Below, one piece after another: positions 26,414 through 38,760 of a DNA stretch of 64,000 bases. The translations under genes were made by a program, and so were the position numbers. The notes under the pieces were generated by a model. That model searched no databases. It was given only the letters and a program-made list of their open reading frames with translations, and was not told the DNA's origin. Each line of letters starts with the position of its first letter. Position 1 is the stretch's first letter. Source of the DNA: Amoebophrya sp. A120. Taxonomy: Eukaryota; Protista; Dinoflagellata. The stretch is from assembly GCA_905178155.1 (NCBI GenBank), contig CAJINV010000002.1:10710709-10774708 (forward strand), read 5' to 3'.

Positions 26414-29400
26414 ATGGGCGGTGCTGGTGCGGGAAAGCGGGGAAAGCTGGCGCTAGACCACAACAGTGCCCAACAAGGCGGAGCACACCAAGCAGCGCCG
26501 GCGAAAGGTACCAAAAGTCGTCGTATAATCGTTCCCATGACTTCTAGAGGACGAGATGGACCGAGGCACGGGTTGCCAGCGTGCGAGAGCCTTGCAATCG
26601 AGGCGGAGCACATGTTAGATTCGGAGGACGAGCAGAATTTGGATGGGGACGAAATTGAACACGATGTCTCATGTGGTTTGAGTCGTCCCCAAGAGGTGGC
26701 GGAACAGGATAGTATCGAGCAGAACCAGCGACAGGGAGCTGTTCAGCTAAGGGAAGAAGTAGGGACGATGATGAAAAGCCCTTCTTGCGGCGGAAGGAAC
26801 AGACTTGCTTCTTCCGCCGCAATCGACTACACCGCACCTAGTGTTCCTCCGCCATCCGATTCTGCTGCGGATTCATCACGTTGTGGCTCGTCCTCGTCGT
26901 CGTCCCTTCTGGGAAATGAAAAGGAGAAGCAGAACGACAAGGGCAACGAAGACTCGCAAGAAGCCGTCTCTGCGAGTGTCGGGCTGATCAAGCCCGAATG
27001 GTGCTACGGGACCCCAGAACACGGAGTCATGATCCAGACGACTGCTCCGTTTCTTCATGATAACGTAAACTGCTACGAGCCGCAGTCTTTCGCTTCCTTC
27101 TACTGTCCGGCCTCCGATACCTACCGCTGGTGCACGGAGCAAAGAGCGGAGTTCCAGCGGAAGCTTCTCGTTCACGAAGAACGGCTGACACAGGTACACG
27201 TCCCGTCGAAGCCCCGGTTTCCAAAAGTGTTGCCTGCGGCCGGGCCGCACCGGGCCGGCGGGGCTAACAATCCTGGGGGGCGTAAAAACCGGAAGAGGCA
27301 GCGGAAAAACGCGAAACAGCAGCAGAGGGAGGACAAGAAGCAGCAGGACGCCGAGGCTCGTAGGCACGTTGCGCCGCAGGAGCCCCGGACGGGTGCAGTA
27401 AATGCTAACAGCACCAACCGCATTGGCGGAGGGAATTGTGGTAACCCATCTGGTTCGACGGCAGCTGCTGGACAGGCGGCGCTACTGCACAACGGTCCCC
27501 CGAAAAGGAAGAAGTGGGGCAATAGATACCCAGATGTTTTCAAGGATTCGGCGAGGAGCCGCGAGGGTGTGGTAACTCCGTGTAACTCGTCGTGTGCGAA
27601 CACCCCTGCGCCGCCCCGTCCACGGAGGGAGGAGGCGGAATTTCCCAAATTTGCCACCCCCGCCCAAGTCGAGCGACCCGCGGGGGACGAGGTGAGCCCT
27701 GCGCCCGGAAGCAGACGCGCGAGTCCTCCCCGCAGCGAGGAGAAGAAATCCATCGACAGCAGAAGGGTCGCTCTACCACCCAAGGTCCGTCCCGTGCGAC
27801 GCTGCAAGTCGGCCGTGATGCTGCGTCCGATCGTGAAATTTGGCGAGACAGTGGGAGAAGCCAAAGAGAGACTGAAAAAAAACAGGGAAAAGAACGCTGC
27901 AATTATGATGTCGGAACGCAAAAGTGTTTGTTCCTCGACTTCCTCGAGCGCAGAGACATCTTTGGCAGCAAAAGAAATAAAGCGCCCCGCCGCGGCGGCG
28001 GTATCAACTGCGACCACGACTGCATCTCGTTACGTAGACGTAGATCTTACAACCGGTGAGAATGAGGAATATGGAGAAGGGTGCAATAAGAGTCTGGTAG
28101 AGCCGGATTTGGAGGAGGACATAGGGTCCGAAAAATCTTTCCCGAGACGACGCGGAGACGAGCTGCGGTTGCGCGTCTTCGAGGAAATGTACGGCGAAAA
28201 GGAGTACGTGTTACCGGGCCTCGCCGACGAAAGCGACCCTTCCTGTGCGTCTTTTCTGTTCGCGGCATGCAGGTTGTGGCGGTCGGACGCCGAGAAGCTG
28301 CGGTTTAGCTTTGACGACTGGGCTGACGGCCTCGAGACCAGTAAGCATCCGGATGAGCTCGTGCAAAAGTGGACTGGTTTGGAGTGGTATGGCCAAGATT
28401 TTTTCCGGGACCATGTTTTCCGCGATAAAAATGGCGTGGAGTACGTGCGCACTGCACGTGAAAATTCTCCAAGGCACCAGGTCTGCCTCCCGGTGAACAC
28501 GATTTTGGTGTTGAAACTGCTGTTCTTCGCGAAACCGGGTGACGCCATTGACAACGGGTGGAGCATAACAAAGCGCATGCTGGAGGACTATTTGTTTTGG
28601 TGCAAAGGGGCGGCTGAGAGCCTGGAGAAGCGCGTGAACGTCCTGAGCAGTATGTACGCAGCGTTCAAGGCTAGCCACTGCGACGGCGATAAGAGTTTGG
28701 CGGACCTGGCAGCGCTGCTCGAGCATCAGCGAGCTCGCTGGGAGGAGAGGCAGCAAGAGTGGTTGCAAGATCTTAGGGAGACGCCCGAACAAGAAGCAAA
28801 GGTAGAGGAGATGGGCAGAACTAGGGCACCAAAAATTCCCGGTGTTGAAGAAGACGATCGTCATCGCGGCTGTCGGGACGTCGAGTCGAACGCAGGTGCG
28901 CGGGACGAAAACAATGCTTCTGAAGGTCGCGGACTGGCACGAGGAGCAAAAGAAAATTTTAGCGGAGAACAAGATGCAACTGCGAAGATCTCCTCAACTT
29001 CTGCCCCTTCTACTGCTAAAGCTAAGGAGGTCGCTGCGCTCCTGTGGCAGAAGAATTACGGGACGTTGCAGTGCTTCTGTGATCATTTACTGGAAACCGA
29101 CTGGCACGCATTCCGCCTGGAAATTTTGCAGAAGAAACAGCCGGAGGGAAGGGAGAGCCCCTTCCGCTTGGCGCTGCTCTACTGTTCTTGCTGCTTTGGT
29201 ATTTCTGAAAAAGACAGGGTTCCGCTGACGGAAGCGAGCGCCAAGGAGCAGATGCTCACGAAGTTCTTGCACAAGGATCAGAAGGCGGCGGCCGCCTTCG
29301 AATATCTCGAGTTCTTGCAGTTTGCGGTCTCGTGGCTGCGGCGTTTCGACGGGGAAACCGAGTTGTCCCGGTTGCAACACAAGTTGGAAATGGAATTCGA

Positions 29401-32400
29401 CACCATGGAAGCCTTGCACGAATTCTGGACGGGACAGGCCCACGGCCTCAGCGTTTTCCAGCAGCAACTCCACTTATCGTAAAGAAAAATCCCCCCTCCC
29501 CATATTGAAAACGCATCCGTCTGAAAATTTGTGATGCACATTTGTGACCTCAAATCTTGTCTGTCTTGCAAGAAGGCAAGTCCAGAGAGCCCCCTGCATT
29601 TTGCAGGCGGTTTGTGATGTTGTTGGGCTTAGAGCATACACGTTTGTCATGCTAGGCGCCTACGTCAAAACCTCTCGACCGAGGCTTGACATATGCCTGC
29701 AGTCCTTTACTGCAAGACAAATCTGATTTGTGTACGGAAATCCAGCATCAGAAACTTCGTTTCGATATGGGGAGGGGGGATTTTTCCTCTTGATACCACT
29801 TCAAGGACGCCCACGAGGAGTTTCGAGCCAAGGTGTGTTACAGGAAAATCTGGATCGAGACGGCGATGGAAGAGCTTGGAGAATTCGTCGCCCAGTTCTC
29901 TGCATTGCGCTTGCAGCTCCGGGATTTCCGGGCGTTCCACGCGCTGGTATGCGAGCACTGGCGCAAACCGCTGCTGCGAGACTTCGAGATTCGGCTTCGC
30001 TGTTTCGAGAACTGCTTCAAGGACGCTTACAGCTGGGTGGACCAGCGGATGGGCCTGGAACTAAATCGGGACGCCGACAGGCTGCAACCGAAGACCGCAT
30101 TGGCAGGGGATGCTGCTGGTGGTCCGAAAGGATCTGATGCATCATCAGACGCCTGTGGTGAAGAAATATCACTGCCAGCGACTGACGATGAAAGTTGCAC
30201 TGCGGAATTGCACCCCTACCATCTGGCCGAAGTCGTCGCGCACGAGGGTAATGAGTCGCGGCCTACTAATGGCTCGTCGCTGGGCGATGCAACGGCGATC
30301 ACGGACTACCTCGCAAAGGACTTAGAACCGCGCACGTGGTTCTATGATTTGGAGGCCATTTCGGAGAGCTTGCAGGCGATGAAGCAGTATCTCCCGCCGG
30401 GCGACGTCGTTGATCGCGGCCTAGCACCGGTGGAGCAGAAGAAGACGCAACTTGTCACGCCTGACACGGTCGATCAGACGGTCGATCAGGATGAGGATGA
30501 AATGGAACTACATGGCGATGTAGAACTTCACGATTCATCTCGCGACAGCATCAGCGCGGACGGGGAGAACTCCTCCCGGTACTCCATCGATTCGGCAGGG
30601 GGCCACGAAGATCATCATTCCGGCAGCTCCAACCTCGTCGGCGGGGAAAAGGTGTTTGGAGAGCAGTACGCTCCTGGGCACCACCGTTCCCAGGAAGAGC
30701 GGACACTGTCGGCAAACGGAGAGACAAAGTCGACGTGTTGCAAGAACAAGAGTGACCTTCAAAAAGACGAAAACAAACAGAAAGACGCTCGTGATTCAGA
30801 GGCGAGCTGCCGAGCTGGTCGGGGCGACGAAGGTCAGGGCGCCTTCATACTCTTTGAGGCGCCCTTTCTTTGCGGGGGTCCTGGTTTTGTTGATGATGGG
30901 CTGCCGAGAGAAGGGGATCACGACCCAAGAAATCGGCCACGGCAAAGATACGGCATCAGTGCAATTACCAAGACGCGTTTTCGTCGCAAATCCGCCCCGG
31001 GTGGGAAAGTTTTCTTTGGCAAGCCGAATGGGTGCGATTTCCTTCCACAGGAACTGCACCCTCCATTCGGGCGATACTGGGACGTTTCTAGTTATGGGAG
31101 TGTCAGGATCGAAATCGTCAGAGTTGAAATGATTTGTGATGCATAAAACGGATACCAGTTGGTGCCTAGTTTTCAAGTGGCGCATGACAAATTTGGGTAG
31201 AGCTGACGAAATCCAGTTTGTAGTGCTGTTTGGGTAAGGAGAACGCCTTTTGTCATGCTACTTTAGCAGCTCAATTTCTAGCCCCTAGCAGGCTTAAAGT
31301 CTGCATCTCTTGCCTCTTCTGCAATAGAGGCAACCTTTGCGTTGCATTTTATGCATCGCAAACTATTTCAACTTTGACGATTTCGATCCTGGCGCTTTCA
31401 TACTAGTTATGAGCCGGGCGCTTCCAGTTCTTGCGAGGGTGCCAGCAATAAGTACTGTGAGGGGCATGACGAGAAGCCGACGACGTGTACCCCGGCGTCG
31501 GCGAAGAACAAAAGGTCTGTCGAGGATGTTGACAGAAATTTGTCCGGGAGCGAAACTTCTGGAATTTTCGCGTCAAGCGCCGGCTTAACAAGCACTGCGG
31601 CCCTTGCGGAGAGCGCCGCTGACAACCTTGACGTGCCCGAGGCATATAGAGCGCCGTATCAGTTCTGGTCGATACTTTGTTTGTTTGTGTTTCGCTGGGC
31701 AGTAAGCAAAGAAAGACGATGAACGTGAGTTCAATGATGTGCTGCTGTGAGTCCTTGAAAAAAAACGGGAAAACGTCATACAGGTTGGAAGATACAACAG
31801 CGCTTCATCCTTGCCAGTTTCGGCAGCGCCAGCGACCCCGATGTGAGGAGGGTGAATTCAGCGGCACGGTGGAAGACGATGGGCTACAGAAGGGCATCGG
31901 CAGCAGCGACGCATGCCATTTTCACAGGAGGGACGAAGCAGAGACGGCGTCGCCAGAACGGTATCTGTCTACTTTTCCTCTTTCGAGGGCATTCTCAGTG
32001 TCTCTGGTTCACACCGTCGAGGACCTGGTGTATCGAGACCAATGTGATTGAAAGCGGATATGCCCGGGCAATCTTTTTGACTACTTCAGAGCGATATTTG
32101 TTGAGTATGAGTATGTATGAAGTGGATATCTACCAGAGCCAACTTTTGCTTTCCCTGACGCGCGCACATTGATACCAGGTCTCCTGGCACAGGCACCGCC
32201 ACTCAGCATTCGTCTGACGACCGAGGAAGTCGCCCCTTGTCTTTCAGCCACCTGCCTGACTATGCCGTGGGAGCAACTGAGGCAGAGGGAGAATCTTTGC
32301 GCCCAAAACCGCGTCCAACTCGTGGCGGTTTGTACGAAACTCTTTTCTTGGAGGAGCACGCAACACCCAGAGAGTCCGCGAATTCAGTGCCTGAACAAGC

Positions 32401-33895
32401 AGCGCTTGACGCGGAGGCTTTGGCATCAAGTCAGTACGTTCCGAAGTACTTCCGCGAGCGCAACGGGCAGCAACTACTTGGTCCGCGAAAGCCCAGTTTT
32501 GCGCACAACCAAGGAAAAAAAGTCGAGCTTGCGTCGGAGGATTTCTTTTCCCCAGACGTCGGCTTAACGGGATTGCCCTACTCTTCCCAGCGGCGGTGGG
32601 CGTTTCTCCGACCGCCAGTACGGGACTGGATCAGGGCTAATCAATCCGTATTGGACTCCCTGTTCGACCGCGACGCGGTGTGTCGGAAGGACTCCGATCA
32701 GTCCTCTTGGAGTTGGAGCTGCTGCTCGGACGGGGTTGATGAGGCAAAAGTCTGCTGGGACAGGCTTGATGAGGAAAAAGCTGACCAGCATGAAGATCTT
32801 GGCGATCATCGTCTGGCCGTCGCAGCACCGGACGAGAAGGTGCCGCGCGCGTCCTCCTGCGCCCGGGATAATGAGAACGAAAGCCCGGACTGGGCGATGC
32901 TGAAGACCTTTCCCCAGTACCTGGCCTGGGCGTTGGAGATGCGGAGACACTTTCTGATGCCGGTTCTGCGGAATGAAGAAGACCACAAGGGGTTCGAGAC
33001 GTGGCTGTTGGAAAGGAAGCGCAGTGGTCTAATTGGTCGCGCACCGGACGAGGAAAACGAAAATACAAAGCCCCTGCAGCGTTTTCGCCCAGGAGAAACC
33101 TTCTTGTCGCTTGCCACCATGGACATGACGGCGGAGGAAAGGCACTGGCACACATTACGGCATCAGCTTTGCCTGGAGCAGTACTTTATGGACCGGGTTT
33201 TTCACAAACTCTTCTTCGACCAGGACAGTTTTGAACTTGAAGAAAAAGATCAACCTCTGCATTCAGAACCGCACCTGCGGGGAACCGAGAGAATCACGGC
33301 CGATTTTCTGGCCAGAACGCTGACCGGTCTGTCGCGCTTTCACAAGCTTTTCCCCGGCGAGATGTTGCAGGCGTGCCCGTGGCTGTTCACGCGGCTGCGA
33401 GCGTTCGTGTGGCAGAACATGTTTGCTAGTGAAGAAGTTGTGGAGGTAGACGTCGGAGAGAAGCAACAAGAGAATTTTCTGGTCCCGGTTACTTTGTTCG
33501 AAAGTCGGGCCTTGGAAGGACAGGACCTAAAGATGAGAGCCAGGGACGAGTTGGATAAGTGGAATGGAGCCTATCCGCTTGCTCATGCCGACTTTGTAAT
33601 ATTGGCGGAACTGTTTGGGGCACAGCGCGAGGTCGCGTTGGTGGAGTCCGTGGAGAACCAGGTGGAGGGGATCAAGAGACTAGTGGTCGATGTATCAAAA
33701 GGAAAAATCCCCCCTCCCCACAGCGAGAATGAAACTTCTGATGCTGGGAGAAGCTTGTTCTGTGGCTTCCTTTTTGATATGGGGAGGGGGGATTTTTCCT
33801 TACGATATGATGGCGAACGGAGCTACGCGACAAGTAGCGGACGAGAGGGCGATGTTGAGACCAACCTCCGCGAAGCCCTAAGTGCTACAACGTAG
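26414..33895 (+). CDS. Large hypothetical protein (about 2100 aa), three TIR introns plus two probable GT-AG introns (31656-31783, 31961-32178)
   Basis: ORFs at 26324, 29833, 31540, 31677 and 32237 join into one continuous frame with these five removals; no domain recognised. Confidence 0.7.
29475..29795. mobile_element. TIR introner/MITE, family C (321 bp), TSD CCACT
   Basis: Family C TIR; ccact at 29470-29474 and 29796-29800; removing 326 bp joins QQQLH|FKDAHEEFRAKVCY in frame. Confidence 0.93.
31093..31402. mobile_element. TIR introner/MITE, family A (310 bp), TSD CTAGT
   Basis: tatgggagtgtcaggatcgaaatcgtcagagttgaaat / atttcaactttgacgatttcgatcctggcgctttcata; ctagt on both sides; removing 315 bp keeps the frame. 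Confidence 0.93.
33693..33807. mobile_element. TIR introner/MITE, family C, internally deleted (115 bp), reverse orientation, TSD CGATG/TGATG
   Basis: tatcaaaaggaaaaatcccccctcccca / tggggaggggggatttttccttacgata; 120-bp stop-free in-frame insertion. Confidence 0.9.
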
Positions 33896-35128
33896 TCGGA
33901 TTTTCATACTCTCTAGCATGTTGTAGCCACTAGTACTTGATGTCGGCGCGCTGGCCATGCTCAGTGGGTCTGCGCAGAAAGTCATTTTTTTCTTTACTTT
34001 GCACTTGCGAAGATCTGCTTACATGCGACACGTCATCCTCAAACAAAGCCAGCGACATAGTGATGTTGGTCATCTTGTTCTTCAAATTTTGTTCTTTCAA
34101 TTGATACAACGTTTCTCGGCATCGATCTTCGGCATGGTCGGGAGCACATTTTGAGTTTGGTGTTCAGCGCATTTGTTGTGTTGGTCCTGGGGTTTCTCTG
34201 CGTGAGCCTAGGACCTACTCCCTCAGTGGCAATGGAAAATGACGTTACCTTCTTGCTGGGAGCGAGGATAAAAGAGAGACACAGGCCAAGCTTTCCAATA
34301 TGGAGAGAGTAGTACAGAAATTTTCCAAAGGAGGGCCGCGCTTAACAGGAAAGTAGTGACATCGCGTTACCAGCACCAGCAGTATCGTATTCTTGGTGGG
34401 TCAGCTTCTGGGGCAAAACTTGAACAAGATGAAGGCAAACAAAGACCGGCCCACGCGACTGCGGACGGGACAGAAGCCCCGCAGTCGCTTCATGTACTTA
34501 TGTATGTCTTTCTGAGTGTCGGTTTTTTCAGTGTCTCGCCTTGTTCCTGGCTGACGCAAGGAATCTTTGTGCATATAGTCATGTTTTATCCGATGAATTA
34601 TGGGTTTGAGCTAAGGGGCTTAAGAGGAGATACTTATCGTATCACCCATTGAATATTGCAGGTCTGGTGGCACCTCTATCGCCGATAGTCCCATTGACCG
34701 ACGGAGCGATCAGGTGGCGCAGGACAGCGGAAGCGACGTCGAATTGGATAGCATGATCCAATCTCTCGAGGGACGCCTGGCGCAACTGGAGTCGTGGCGC
34801 ATGGACGACGATGGTAAGAAATAAAGATTACGGGTGTTTATCATTCCCACATACTTCGATTTTGACCTTTTCGTTAGGACAGGCGAGACGCAAGAACGCA
34901 TGCTGGAAATAGTTACGTTGTCGCTCTTGGTTATTTCTCGTGCCCAAGCATTAATCAACTGAGGTCGATCACAAAAAATGCAGTGTCCACCCCGGGGACG
35001 GCGAAGAGTGAAGGAAAACACAACCAGCTAGCTGCCTCGATTCGTGGGATGCTGGAAAATCCCAATGCTTCCGCCAGGTCTCAGTTACTATATCTGGGTG
35101 GCCACTACGGTTTCCGATTTCACGTGAT

Positions 35129-37780
35129 ATGAAAAATCAAAAATCATCAATTGCCTCGGCGGTTGCTAAAGTTTTCCAAAAGAAGCATGTGCGTGTGCTC
35201 AATTGTTTTTCGGAATGCCACACTTCGACCCACAGGTCCCGTAATGTCACACCGCGCGACGCCACTGATAATTTGGGCACGTCTTCTAAGCAAAAGCTCC
35301 GTCTGGAAGCTACTGCCGAGGAAACGGAGGAATTCTGTGGCGGCTCCGCTACATCAGCTTCAGCAGCTGCGAACCTCAATACGTCACAGTCTGCCTCGGG
35401 TCGGCACAGCAAGCAACCGGCAAACGGCAATTCCAAGTCGCCGGCTGGAGGCCAAGGTAGGATGAGCGCCAAGTCACCCTCCTCCAGTAGTGGCAGTGCA
35501 GTTGCTATAATGGGCAAAAAAGGCGTTGCTGACCACGCGAGCAGCAGCCAGGAGACCATTGTGATTCAGGAGCAAAACGAAAGAATGGGCCAAGCGAAGC
35601 AGGAGGAGCTCAAGACCTCCTCGCACGAAAGCGTGTCTGCTGCCGCCGCCTCCCCCTCCGAGTCAACGGCGGCGCCGGCTGAGTCACCCCCCAGTTCCAG
35701 TCCCGCGGACGCGGCCAGGTTTGTTCCAAAAGTCAAACATTATCCAAACCGGAAAATAATGGGGAAAACCAAAACGACGAATATGAAACCTTGCTCCACT
35801 CGTCGCGCTTGCCTCTCTCAAAAATACTTTATATTTCTTTGTTCCCCTGGATAATTTTAATCATAAGGGGAAGATGTGCTTTTGTTAATTGACTCTGTCT
35901 CATGGTCAACATGATCTCATGAAATGAAATTCAGATCCATTCTTCCGACGATGCCGGCGTCGCCGGGTGCCGCGCCGGAGTTACCCGGCCTGCGTGCGAT
36001 GCCCACACACGTCAACGACCTGCGGCAAGGGTCCTCCCGCCAGGAGGCGCAGCAATGGTCCACGGGGGAGGACGTGATGCGGGAGCGCGGGCAGAGAATT
36101 CGGGAGGGCGAGCAGGCCGTCCCGGCAACTTCTACATCCCCGCGGAGTAAAAGCGGCAACGATCTTGGGCGGGGCAAAAAGGACCACGTCGCGCGTGCAT
36201 CCCCGGGCGGAAGCGTGAACCTTAGCGTTAGCCAGCTCCACGGCGCCATGCGGAACGGCGATCCGCGCGCGCGGCTCGGCATGGGGGGTTCGGGAGCGAG
36301 AAAGGGAGAAAGTCAGGACACGGACGGAGCAAGCAACACGGGCATGTTTGGCACGTTGAAAAATGGCTTTTATCGCCTTTTCACTGCCACACCCGTCGCA
36401 CGCACGACCTCGTCTGCGATGGAGAAGTCGACCTCGGTACTGGAAAGCGTGGACGCAAGTATGCGCGCTTCCACTGAATCTTTGTACCGGTCACGCAAAA
36501 GGACGGCGAGTTTTGAGACGTTGGCAGGTATGAAGTGCTCCTTTGCGGCTATACTTACAAGCTTGTGTAGGCACTGTTGTTTTTTCCTTTTGCGGGCATA
36601 CTACCTTCATCTCCAAAGAAATGGTATCTTAGGTCATCGCGGACCCCAGCAGCGAGAGTCTCGCTCCTGTGACCCGAAGCGGACCTACGCACCGCCGCCG
36701 CGGGTGATTTCGCTGGAGCCGCCGGCGACACAGCCAGTCTCCGACCCCCCGCTGGTCGAGCGGTTCACCATGGCTTCACGTCCCGGCAGCGCCATGTCGA
36801 GGCCAGATCGGTCCACCGGGCGCCTGGCGGGCGCGCATGCAGGGGGAGCTGCGAATCCGATAACTGGCAGCGCAACAATCTGCCGTAATCTGTTGACGGA
36901 CACGACAACGGTTTTGACGCCGCGGAATGGTGTGAACGAAAACAATGCCGAGGCGTTGCAACGCAGAGTCGGCAGAGACATTCAGGCGTCCGCAGGTCTG
37001 CACGGATGGCTACTTTTGATAGAAGTACCTGGTTTGCATAGGCAGTGGCAGGCCGCGAGAAATCAATTTATTTGTTCCCCTAGTTGTTTGTTGTATGTGG
37101 TAATAGGTGACTCTTCTGTACAGATTCGCCCTGAAAAGCGATTCTATGCCTTTCCCGCAGGTGCTGGCGCTCCCACTCGGCGCTCGCTTTTGACGGAGCA
37201 AACCACCACGGCAACGGACGTGGGCGGCCGCCAGTGCCCCTCGACGGCGCGGCAGTGCGGGGAGGCCATGCGCAACCGGGCCGATGATATCCGGCGCAAC
37301 TGCGCCCGCAAGTCGCACGACTGCACGGAGGGCGCGAAGGCGTGCCAGGAGGAAATGCACAAAATCGACACGCAGTTGCGCGACCGGAAGGAAAACCTAA
37401 CGCGGCACTGCGCGCGGCACATGTGCAACTTGCAGGAGTCGGCGAAGGAGAACACGCGGAAGTGCATGTACGGTACGCGCACCCGGTGCAGTAATCTTGC
37501 GAGCGCGACGAGCGGCGCGGCCCGGACGTGCGCGGCAAAGAGCGACAAGAACGCCAAGGAATGCATGGCGAAAACGAGCAGCAATGCCAAGGAGTGCGGC
37601 GCCAGCACCGCCAAGGCGGCGAAGCGGTGCTGCGAGCTGCCCTACCTCGGGTTCTCGGCCGCGAAGGACGGGGAGCGGCGGTGCACACGGGACTGCGTGA
37701 ACTTGCGCGAGGACGTCGCGTTCTTGTCGAATTTGAGCACCTTTTTCAACATCTCGCATGTCAAGGTGTGGACGCATTAG
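35129..37780 (+). CDS. Hypothetical protein with a Cys-periodic helical C-terminus; probable GT-AG introns 35719-35934, 36528-36632 and 36996-37160
   Basis: Two same-frame ORFs joined by a 216-bp GT-AG intron; two further AT-rich, in-frame, stop-free CAG|GT...AG|GT segments (105 and 165 bp); start codon uncertain. Confidence 0.6.
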
Positions 37781-38760
37781 TTCCAGCGATGGAGTTTGGA
37801 TTTGCTTGTGCTTAGCGAGGTCGAGTATGAAAGTTCTCTAAAGCAGCCTTTTATTGTATCGTAGCAGTTGAGCTTTTTTTACAGATAATGTTTGTTAGGT
37901 TTGTGAACTCTGAAAGTCCTCCAATTGATTTTCACTGAATATAGTAGCAGAGGCGGGCGACGCCACATGAAGAATTGTTTCCAAGAAAAAACCACTTCGC
38001 GTCCCTAGCGACGATTCCTTCTCTTTGAAAAATACTTTGTCCGTTTGTTAGGACGGGCAAAGAAGAATTCTACTTCTAAATACTTTTTAACTTAAGCTTG
38101 AAAGAATATCCACGTTTCAACTACAATTTCTTGCCGTGCGTACCGACCACGAGAATTCTAAATACTTACTCCTTCTATTACTACAAATGCAATTCACCTC
38201 ATCTCTAGTTCTACCAGAAGCCAAGGCTTTTTCACAGCGTTAAGTTTCCTAAGCAATCTACTTGAGCGCTTTCTACATTATCGACTGATTGCAAGGCCTC
38301 TGTGCCTTCTCCTCCTTTTTGATATCAGGATGGTTTTGTCGTGAAGAATGCGCTCAAGATTTCTATACTTATCTATTACGCCGGGCGAACGTGGTTGCAC
38401 TTGCGCAGCTTGTCTTTCACCCTCCTCGAGAGCTTTTTATTTTGATTTTGGACATCGAGAGAGCCTTTTGCTCTTCGTGTTTTGCAAAAAATGGAAGAAC
38501 AAGCAAGTGTTAACCACACCAGGATAGCGAAAAGGTACCTCCGGCACGGGAACGGACCACGCTACGCGAAAATCCAGGACGAAATTGAGCCGGAACTGTT
38601 GTTCTCTCTCAACAGCAGGTGAACGCTGCCTGTTAAGTGCTGTTATCGAAGGAACAAGTACTTATCGCGCGACGTGAAGAGTCGTGACGCCAACATTGAC
38701 TCCGGAGATTATTCTGAACTCAACAGGAAGTAGACCCGCTACTCTCACTTTCCGTGGAAG

